Position numbers and translations under genes: made by a program. Positions 47,000 through 54,617 of a stretch of 64,000 nt of DNA are shown piece by piece. Origin of the DNA: a virus. Lineage: Duplodnaviria; Caudoviricetes. The notes beneath the pieces were generated by a model. That model saw nothing but the letters and a program-made list of their open reading frames with translations, was not told the DNA's origin and ran no database searches. How positions within the stretch are numbered: position 1 is the stretch's first letter; every line of letters starts with the position of its first letter. The DNA is taken from the IMG/VR virus record IMGVR_UViG_3300020016_000006, positions 3,433 to 67,432 of that record; one strand, given 5' to 3'.

Positions 47000-47350
47000 A
47001 TGAACCTCAAGAACTTTAGTCATGTCAATCGGTTACGTTGTGAACACCCGGAAGGGTTCAATCACAACTTAAATGATTGGTCACTTTCCGATTGGTTCAC
47101 TGCGATGCTAGGTGAATTTGGAGAGGCAGCGAATGTTGCGAAGAAACTCAACAGGTTTCGCGACGGCATCCGTGGTAACAAAGAAACCAAGGAGCAGCTT
47201 CAAGAACAACTGGAAGATGAACTCGCGGATGTCTTCATATATCTTGATCTTCTTGCTCAGCGTTCTGGATTTGATCTTAGTGATGCGGTTGTAAGAGTAT
47301 TTAACAGGAAGTCTGATTCTCTGGGCTGCCAAATAAAACTCGCACCCTGA
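47000..47350 (+). CDS. MazG-like NTP pyrophosphohydrolase
   Basis: GEFGEAANVAKK..EDELADVFIYL..FNRKS. Confidence 0.85.
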   Translation: MNLKNFSHVNRLRCEHPEGFNHNLNDWSLSDWFTAMLGEFGEAANVAKKLNRFRDGIRGNKETKEQLQEQLEDELADVFIYLDLLAQRSGFDLSDAVVRVFNRKSDSLGCQIKLAP

Positions 47351-47356
47351 TGGGTA

Positions 47357-47385
47357 TTTACTTTTCCCGCTGATGCACGTAGGTT
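47357..47385 (+). promoter_or_regulatory. putative promoter TTTACT-N17-TAGGTT
   Basis: Followed by CAAGAACGGGAGAACACC, identical to the leader of the 7918 gene. Confidence 0.65.
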
Positions 47386-47436
47386 CTCTATACGCGCTCG
47401 GGGCGAGCGACCGAACCCAAGAACGGGAGAACACCA

Positions 47437-47646
47437 ATGTATACCGTCACCGACTATAAGACCAAGAAGGCACTCAAAGAAGATGTTAAGGCAGGAAAGC
47501 AAGTCAAGGTGTATCAGCCAAACAATATGGGATTTTCCATTCCGACAGATGGAGTTGTTGACTTAGAAGGTCCGCACTACCCCAAGCCTCATACGTGGTA
47601 CGCAGCAGCGACATTGAAGAATGGAATTGTTGTTTCAGTGAAGTGA
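47437..47646 (+). CDS. conserved small phage hypothetical protein
   Basis: KTKKALKE..LEGPHYPKPHTWYA. Confidence 0.75.
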   Translation: MYTVTDYKTKKALKEDVKAGKQVKVYQPNNMGFSIPTDGVVDLEGPHYPKPHTWYAAATLKNGIVVSVK

Positions 47647-47655
47647 GAACGGGAG

Positions 47656-48336
47656 ATGACTGAGTTCATGGCCGACTATCTCTATTACACAGTATCAGAT
47701 GATCCCAGCCAAAAATTTGGGATCAGCGTGAAAGGTTTCACCCGGCGCAATCGGGCAGAAATCTTTGCCAAGACGGCCAAGAATCCCATTATCATTCGCT
47801 ACTCCAAGGTTGAACTGTCTCGACTCAAGATGGGACAGTTAATGAATATCGTGCGCACCGGAAGGGATGATGCGCCGAAGGTAACGCAGATGGGACGAGA
47901 TGATCTTGTCCTAGCTGCGTATGGCTGCCTTTGGGCGGCCTGTGTACGCACTGGGACGTTACAGCCACATGATCCCAGTGACTCTATCATCAACGAGGAG
48001 AACGGACAGATGGCGAAGAAGAACACTGGCGGCGACACCGCCACGGCAGAGGCTCCCGCGGGCAACGTTCGTCAGATGCGTGGTGCGAAGAAGGCCACTG
48101 GCGAGGGCGCGACGGCTGAGAAGCCCAAGCGTGAGGCCAAGCCGGATGAGTATGCCGGGAAGCGCATCAGCCTGGTGAGCAAGGACAACCCTCGGCGCGA
48201 GGGCACCCACGGCCACCGCTCCATGGAAGTGGTTCGCAACAAGCCCGGCATCACCTATGAAGATTACATCTCGGGTGGTGGCCGGCGCGTTGACCTGAAG
48301 GGCAGCATTGAGCTTAAGCAGGTGGAGCTTAAGTAA
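47656..48336 (+). CDS. putative DNA-binding protein with likely internal start at 48010
   Basis: GAGGAG RBS before ATG 48010; Lys/Ala-rich tail then NPRREG..TYEDY..DL domain. Confidence 0.65.
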   Translation: MTEFMADYLYYTVSDDPSQKFGISVKGFTRRNRAEIFAKTAKNPIIIRYSKVELSRLKMGQLMNIVRTGRDDAPKVTQMGRDDLVLAAYGCLWAACVRTGTLQPHDPSDSIINEENGQMAKKNTGGDTATAEAPAGNVRQMRGAKKATGEGATAEKPKREAKPDEYAGKRISLVSKDNPRREGTHGHRSMEVVRNKPGITYEDYISGGGRRVDLKGSIELKQVELK

Positions 48337-49302
48337 GTGCTGATCGTCGGTGCTGGGATGGCCGGCCTGCTGGCGGGGCATATACTCCGCCGGCACCGGC
48401 CACTCATCGTGGAAGCGCAGGAGTCCTTGCCAAATAACCATGCGGCCCTCCTGCGCTTCAAGACGCCGAAAGTCTCAGAGGCAACGGGCATCCCCTTCCT
48501 CAAGGTCTATGTCCGCAAAGCAGTTATGACAAGCAAGGGCCTTTCCGACCGGCCGAGTCTTGCGGACAATAATGAGTATTCAATCAAGGTAACTGGCGAA
48601 GCACTCGACCGATCAGTACTTGATCTGAGTCCTGGCGAGCGATATATTGCTCCTGAGGATTTCATAAGTCAGATGGAAAGTAATCTGAACATCCAGTTTG
48701 GGTACAAGTGGAATCCAACTCGGGATGAGTTTGATATTAATCAGCCCGAGGATGGCACGATCATTAGCACTGTTCCGATGCCGACACTAATGAAGATGGT
48801 TGAATGGCCGGCGATTCCTGAGTTCAAGCATAAGCGAATATGGACCGTTACGGCATATGTTGAAGATCCACCAGCCAGTTTGTACCAGACAATTTATTAT
48901 CCAGACCGGAGGCGTGACTACTATCGAGCCTCTTTGACGGGCAACCGCCTCTCATTAGAATACATTCAGTCAGTAGAGAGGGAAATAGCACAGATGGATG
49001 TGATGAAGGTTCTGGATGATTTCGGAATCTATCATCCAAAATGGAATATGAAGCCGCTTATTCATTATCATGAAGAGTATATCAAAGCACAGTTTTACGG
49101 TAAGTTGCTTCCAATTGATGAGATGGAGCGTAAGGCATTCATCATCGGGATGACGGATAAGTATGATATCTGGAGCCTCGGGCGATTCGCTACATGGCGA
49201 CAGATTCTCCTTGATGATGTAGTAGATGATGTGAAATTCATTGACCGCGTCGTTACCCAGAAGGATCAGTATCACCGCCGAATGCACCACCACAATAGCT
49301 AA
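48337..49302 (+). CDS. FAD-dependent oxidoreductase/mutase-like protein (UDP-galactopyranose mutase-like)
   Basis: IVGAGMAG dinucleotide-binding motif; C-terminal GRFATWRQ..DDVV like Glf GR..Y motif. Confidence 0.7.
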   Translation: MLIVGAGMAGLLAGHILRRHRPLIVEAQESLPNNHAALLRFKTPKVSEATGIPFLKVYVRKAVMTSKGLSDRPSLADNNEYSIKVTGEALDRSVLDLSPGERYIAPEDFISQMESNLNIQFGYKWNPTRDEFDINQPEDGTIISTVPMPTLMKMVEWPAIPEFKHKRIWTVTAYVEDPPASLYQTIYYPDRRRDYYRASLTGNRLSLEYIQSVEREIAQMDVMKVLDDFGIYHPKWNMKPLIHYHEEYIKAQFYGKLLPIDEMERKAFIIGMTDKYDIWSLGRFATWRQILLDDVVDDVKFIDRVVTQKDQYHRRMHHHNS

Positions 49303-49443
49303 CAACAGCCGGCTTCGTGCCGGGGGAGCGACCAATATGTGGCGTGAATTCCTAACCATCATGGGGATCATCTACGCCTGCTCGTTCGCGCTGGCACTCG
49401 TGTACCTATTGATCGGCGCACTGGCCGGGAAGGTTCATGTCGA

Positions 49444-49686
49444 ATGAATATCCAAGAGGCATTGGAAAAGAAACGGCAAGCCAAAAAGTGGTTTCGCAGT
49501 CTTACTCGCGAGGCATTGCTAGAGTTTCTTGCCGATACAGCATATCGTCTTAATGAGCTTGAAGGGGCCGCGATACTTGAAAATGAAAATGATGAAGAGT
49601 TTAGCAATCATATTCTCGACGCAGTGGAGAATGTAAATGCTGCGTATAAGGCAGAAACACGTTCTGAACTCCCGGCATTAACATGA
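49444..49686 (+). CDS. hypothetical protein
   Basis: In-operon ORF. Confidence 0.6.
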   Translation: MNIQEALEKKRQAKKWFRSLTREALLEFLADTAYRLNELEGAAILENENDEEFSNHILDAVENVNAAYKAETRSELPALT

Positions 49687-50663
49687 CAGTCAAGTTGCTA
49701 ACCTATACACCTGATGCGCTAGATATCATGCTGATGACGAAGCAGACTCGGCTGGATTTTAACCCCGAGATGCTGGAGGAGATTCGGCAATGGCCGATGG
49801 AGCAGAAATTGAAGGAACTGGCGTACATGCGTGGGACTATTCAGAGCAGTTGGGAATTTGTGGATTATACTTTTTTGTTGACGGGCGTATCGCGGGCCTT
49901 TACTCATCAGTTTGTTCGGACGCGACAAGGTTCCTACGCGCAGCAATCGCAGAGAACAGTAGACATGCAGGGATTTGATTATCTGGTCCCGAATGAGCTT
50001 CGGGAGAAGGATCTGGGTGAGGATGATTCTCCGCTTACCAAGACATCCGAATACGGGATTGATTTTCTTGACTTGGATGAGACGGTCAACACATCCCCGG
50101 ACATGTCCAGCGGTAGAAATTGGTATGATTGGGGAATGCTCGCCGCTGAACACGCCTATGCCAAGATGCGCGAAAAGGGAGTCAATCCTCAAGATGCGAG
50201 GGGTGTCCTTCCAACAAATATCGCTACAAATATCGTGGCGAAGTTTTCATTACGTGCCCTCTCAGATATGGCCAAGATCAGGCTTTGCACTCGCACTCAG
50301 GGTGAGTATCAAGACATCTTCCGCGAGATGCGTAAGCGAGTGATTGAAGTTCATCCTTGGGCCGAGCAGTTCATAGAAGTCCACTGCGTGGCGCTCGGGG
50401 TGTGTGCGTTCCCAAATTATATGGAGTGTCCAATTAAGGGTCCGCTCCTGAACCCTGAGACGGGACTTCGATGGGATGAGGCTCAGACCAAACGGACTCT
50501 CACAATACTTCCCAATCCTGAGAATGGTCTCAAGGACAAGATATTCCATACCATGGAGTATCCAGCTCACCCGGCTCCTCGGTGGTGGGTAAAGCAGAAG
50601 TGGGAGGAGCTACGGTATGAGGCTGTGCCGAAGCAACATAAGAACGAAGGGGAAGTACCATGA
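49683..50663 (+). CDS. thyX: ThyX-like flavin-dependent thymidylate synthase homolog with atypical RTR motif
   Basis: VSRAFTHQFVRTRQGSYAQQSQR, PQDARGVLP, R.CTRTQGEYQ. Confidence 0.85.
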   Translation: MTVKLLTYTPDALDIMLMTKQTRLDFNPEMLEEIRQWPMEQKLKELAYMRGTIQSSWEFVDYTFLLTGVSRAFTHQFVRTRQGSYAQQSQRTVDMQGFDYLVPNELREKDLGEDDSPLTKTSEYGIDFLDLDETVNTSPDMSSGRNWYDWGMLAAEHAYAKMREKGVNPQDARGVLPTNIATNIVAKFSLRALSDMAKIRLCTRTQGEYQDIFREMRKRVIEVHPWAEQFIEVHCVALGVCAFPNYMECPIKGPLLNPETGLRWDEAQTKRTLTILPNPENGLKDKIFHTMEYPAHPAPRWWVKQKWEELRYEAVPKQHKNEGEVP

Positions 50664-50842
50664 GGTTCCCACCGCATGAACCTTGGTTTGTGTATTATCT
50701 TCCCGATAAAGGATGGTGTATGATAGCTGCTTATGGCAAGGGAGAAAATGGTTATTACAAAGCTACGCAGCAATCTAGAATATCCAATAAGGAGCTAGGA
50801 AATGTCCCGGATTCCGGGGCTAGTCGGGTCCGTCCGAGATAG
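50660..50842 (+). CDS. hypothetical protein
   Basis: ATGA overlap. Confidence 0.45.
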   Translation: MRFPPHEPWFVYYLPDKGWCMIAAYGKGENGYYKATQQSRISNKELGNVPDSGASRVRPR

Positions 50843-50881
50843 AGACGCAGCTGCATACAGGCGCCTAGGAGGCTGAAAAAC

Positions 50882-51352
50882 GTGCTTTCGACCCCCGCGA
50901 CCGTTCCGCCCGCGACTATTTGGGCAATCATAGACTTGGACGGTACTCTTTGTGATATTACCCATCGGCTTCACATTCTTTCGGAGCCAAAAAAGAAATG
51001 GGCCGAGTTTCATGCATTACTTGTAGATGATATTCCCAATTTAGCCATTAGTATCATCATGAGAGCAATCCGAGGATATGGAGTTCGCATTGCGCTATGT
51101 ACGGGCCGGCCTGAGGAGTATCGAGATGAGACAATGGATTGGCTAAGAAAACACGCTATTGATTGGGATCGTCTTTTGATGCGCCCTGAGGGGAATTATC
51201 AATCTGATGACCTCGTTAAGCCAGCCCTCGCGGCCGACGCAGGGCTAACAAAGGATAATGTCCTTTTCATAATGGAGGATAGAGACAAAATGGTCCGCAT
51301 GTGGAGACAGCTAGGCTTCGTATGCTTTCAGGTTCAGGAGGGAGCATACTGA
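50882..51352 (+). CDS. HAD-family phosphatase (PNK-phosphatase-like)
   Basis: DLDGTL, TGRP, K.., EDR motifs I-IV. Confidence 0.88.
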   Translation: MLSTPATVPPATIWAIIDLDGTLCDITHRLHILSEPKKKWAEFHALLVDDIPNLAISIIMRAIRGYGVRIALCTGRPEEYRDETMDWLRKHAIDWDRLLMRPEGNYQSDDLVKPALAADAGLTKDNVLFIMEDRDKMVRMWRQLGFVCFQVQEGAY

Positions 51353-52137
51353 TGAAGAAGGATCAAATTTCTGGAATGTACATAAAGGATCAGAAGAAAC
51401 AACATGATTACGCGGTGCGGATTGTTCGCGCCCCCTCGCATCGTACCGCAGTCGTCACCGGCGCAAGCAAGCGAGGAAGTATCGGTCAGGCCATTGTGGA
51501 GATGCTTACGGGAATACCATACCACTCGATTCACTATCCTGCTGAATATCAACTTGACGTCACGAATCCAGATCAGGTTGAACGATACTTTACAAGTCTC
51601 GCCGGAATGGATACGCTTATCTGTTCTCATGGTGTAAATGCGATGTCGTGGTTTGAGAATATGAGCATTATGGATATAACCAGAATTATTGATGTAAATC
51701 TAACAGGATCGGCCATTGTGGCTCATTCCTTCGTGAATCGTACACTTGGACTCCCGTGGCGTAAACAGATCATCTTTATCGGGTCCATGGCGTATAATCA
51801 CGTGCTGAATGCCTCGGCTGCTTATTGCGCGAGTAAAGCAGGATTGGCAATGCTGACACGGTGTCTCGCTTGGGAATTGGCACCGAAGGGATATGATGTC
51901 TTCTGTGTTCACCCATCCAATACGGAGGGTGCGCCAATGACTGAGGATACAATCCAAGGCATCATGTCATATAGAAATGTCCCTCGGGAGGAGGCAGAAG
52001 GATACTGGGGTGCGGTACTGCCGCGCCATCGTTGGCTCCAGCCAAAAGATATTGCGCGAACGATTGAACATCTTCTCAAGGATGAATCGGGGTATCTTTC
52101 AGGGGCCAATCTTGAACTCGCGGGAGGTCAGCGATGA
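51352..52137 (+). CDS. short-chain dehydrogenase/reductase (SDR)
   Basis: TGASKRGSIG, VNLTG, GSM, YCASK. Confidence 0.9.
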   Translation: MKKDQISGMYIKDQKKQHDYAVRIVRAPSHRTAVVTGASKRGSIGQAIVEMLTGIPYHSIHYPAEYQLDVTNPDQVERYFTSLAGMDTLICSHGVNAMSWFENMSIMDITRIIDVNLTGSAIVAHSFVNRTLGLPWRKQIIFIGSMAYNHVLNASAAYCASKAGLAMLTRCLAWELAPKGYDVFCVHPSNTEGAPMTEDTIQGIMSYRNVPREEAEGYWGAVLPRHRWLQPKDIARTIEHLLKDESGYLSGANLELAGGQR

Positions 52138-52670
52138 GGCCTGATATGTCCATTCGGTATGCTGATGCACGCCGTGCGATTGCGGAGCATCTAGCGCACA
52201 CCGTCGTTAGTCGCTTGGCGATGCGGTTTGCTTATTCAGCCGATCTACCTGATGCCCCGCCGGGTATGACCCCAGTCATGAATAATGATGATTTACGGAA
52301 TTATGAAACTGAACTAACGGCCATTGCTGTACAAGACTTAAAATTGCTTGGAGAAGTATTTGGCGATGTGTTCCTTCAGTATAATGGCATTGAACCAACT
52401 GATTCTAATTTAGCACAGTTTAATGTCTTCATGGAAGCTATGTCACTCTACGATGAGCGCAATAAAAGATACAAGGATCAGTGGAAGGAATCTGGTTGGA
52501 TGGGCGCTCTCTATGATATACGCAAAAAGGCGGCAAGGTTGTTTCGTCAATTCTTTGGTGAAGAACCAACCGAGGGCGCCAGTGAGGATGACGCATGGGA
52601 TCTCATCAACTTCGGCGGATTCTTCATCCGTGGACGACGGGAACAAAACAAGTGGGGGAATTGGCTGTGA
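52134..52670 (+). CDS. DUF1599 / nucleotide-modification-associated domain 1-like protein
   Basis: ERNKRY.DQW...I.KK..RL...ED...DLINF. Confidence 0.7.
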   Translation: MRPDMSIRYADARRAIAEHLAHTVVSRLAMRFAYSADLPDAPPGMTPVMNNDDLRNYETELTAIAVQDLKLLGEVFGDVFLQYNGIEPTDSNLAQFNVFMEAMSLYDERNKRYKDQWKESGWMGALYDIRKKAARLFRQFFGEEPTEGASEDDAWDLINFGGFFIRGRREQNKWGNWL

Positions 52671-53563
52671 TTAATGATGATATCTTCCGAACGATGAGCC
52701 TTGGGATTATTCTGCCATCAAATAATCCTGATGACTACTTCACGAAATTCAGCCCGAGCCTTCCATATCTCAGGAGTGGACTAGAGCGATTGGATATCAA
52801 GATTCTTATATGTGCCCAAGAGCCATGGACTGAGGTAAAACTCGCAGAGGCAAAATATATTGCCATGAGTGAAGGTTTAGATTTGCGAGCTATTCTTCAC
52901 TCCGCTGAATCACCTCCGAGAATGTGTTACTTTCGGCAGCAAGCGGCGAATCTCTTTCCCAATGCATCAATCTACATGCTCGCAGATGATAATATGAGCT
53001 TCTATAAGGGACTTGGAACAGAGGAGATTCCACATGGACTCACCAGCGGACGATGTTACGCCGAAGTCCTTGACTATATGTTCCATTATCCCCGGTGCGG
53101 ACTTGTACAATGCCATACGACAGCACCAACAGGATTTGGCCGTAGCATCAGACCTACTAGCAATGGCCTTATCACCACTAACAAAGGCTTATTCATCCGC
53201 AATCTCAATAGAGGCTACCTGTGGCCACAATGGTCCTGGTCGTTCAAGTCCTCTCTTGAAGAGACTATTGCGGGATATAGAGTGCTTGATCAGGGCTACT
53301 TCCCAGCCAGACAGCATCAGAATCCGACAATACACACCATCCACAAAATAGGCGACGACGACGCACTACATAGTCATGATCTGATTTACGCAAATGCCGG
53401 GAGATGGGTGCGAGAGTTTTATCAGTCGCCTGAGTGGGATCACCAAGATGGACTCTTTCCTGAAATGCTAATTGATTCGGCAGTTAAGAATGCACCTATG
53501 GACGAGGTGACATTTTTCTCGGCTAACCCTCGGTTCATCAGGCGGTATGATGATATTAGCTGA
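52667..53563 (+). CDS. putative GT-A fold glycosyltransferase
   Basis: IILPS beta1, RQQAA..IYMLADDNMSF metal/NDP-sugar motif region. Confidence 0.55.
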   Translation: MINDDIFRTMSLGIILPSNNPDDYFTKFSPSLPYLRSGLERLDIKILICAQEPWTEVKLAEAKYIAMSEGLDLRAILHSAESPPRMCYFRQQAANLFPNASIYMLADDNMSFYKGLGTEEIPHGLTSGRCYAEVLDYMFHYPRCGLVQCHTTAPTGFGRSIRPTSNGLITTNKGLFIRNLNRGYLWPQWSWSFKSSLEETIAGYRVLDQGYFPARQHQNPTIHTIHKIGDDDALHSHDLIYANAGRWVREFYQSPEWDHQDGLFPEMLIDSAVKNAPMDEVTFFSANPRFIRRYDDIS

Positions 53564-54089
53564 TACGGAGAGTACAGGCCTCCATGAGATCACGGCTGCT
53601 CCCTTGGAGCGACAACCACGAATCATTGAAATTGCACTTCGGAAGATTGATGATAAGACGTTGAAGCTAAAAGAAGATTTCCAAACATTGATCAATCCTG
53701 GTATACCGATTCCGGCAAAGAATGTTGAGATAACAGGCATCACTGATGAAATGGTCAAAGATGCGAAGCGATTCGCGGCATGGTTCAATACATTGGTTGA
53801 CTTTTTCCTCGGGGAGCAGATTCTTGTTGGCCATAATCTTCCCTATGATGTACAAATTATGTTATGGGAACTTACGCGCATCGACAAGATCACCAAATTC
53901 CCGTGGCCGCCAGTACACTACTGTACCGTAGAATTGACACAAGATTTGAGTGGTAAGTATTTCAACTTGAATGATCTTTATGTTCATTATTATGGACATC
54001 CACCAGAACACAAGGCGCACCGAGCGATGGCTGATGTGATTACCCTTCACGAAGTTGTGAAAGCCATGAGGAAGGAGAAACGACTGTGA
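53547..54089 (+). CDS. DEDDh 3'-5' exonuclease (Pol III epsilon-like)
   Basis: DTESTG, GHNLPYD, AHRAMAD. Confidence 0.92.
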   Translation: MMILADTESTGLHEITAAPLERQPRIIEIALRKIDDKTLKLKEDFQTLINPGIPIPAKNVEITGITDEMVKDAKRFAAWFNTLVDFFLGEQILVGHNLPYDVQIMLWELTRIDKITKFPWPPVHYCTVELTQDLSGKYFNLNDLYVHYYGHPPEHKAHRAMADVITLHEVVKAMRKEKRL

Positions 54090-54201
54090 TCTGGTGGATT
54101 ATCAAACGAGATGATCGGGCGATTGGATGCGTCTGTGCGGCAACGAAAGAGGAAGCATTGGCGAAGTTTGAGGGCAACGTCACAGCTCATAAGGCGGCAG
54201 C

Positions 54202-54387
54202 ATGATTATACAACTTGAAGATTACAAGAACGGGGAGGCTCGCGCCTGGGAAATCAAGGAAACAACACCTCCTGATATCATCGGTATTGCTGGCGTGTAC
54301 TGGAAATATGATTGTGAGTTTGAGTCAGATGGACAGACATATCACAGCTATGAACGTGCGACCTTTGTGGAAATGGACCCTCTGTGA
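54202..54387 (+). CDS. hypothetical protein
   Basis: In-operon ORF. Confidence 0.55.
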   Translation: MIIQLEDYKNGEARAWEIKETTPPDIIGIAGVYWKYDCEFESDGQTYHSYERATFVEMDPL

Positions 54388-54617
54388 AGCCTGGCGAATG
54401 GCTTCACCTCAAAAATCTTTCAGGGGCAAGAAGTAATATCTGGCGTTGCTATATTGCTTGGAATATGTATTGGCAAGCTAATGAAATAAACAACGGAACA
54501 GCATGGGAGCTTCGTGGTTGGAATAATAATGATGGCGGAGTAACTGATCCACAGATTTTTGATACATTAGAAGATGTCCGAGATTGGGCTAAAACGCACA
54601 CCCCCGAGTTCAAATGA
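54384..54617 (+). CDS. hypothetical protein
   Basis: GTGA overlap. Confidence 0.6.
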   Translation: MKPGEWLHLKNLSGARSNIWRCYIAWNMYWQANEINNGTAWELRGWNNNDGGVTDPQIFDTLEDVRDWAKTHTPEFK

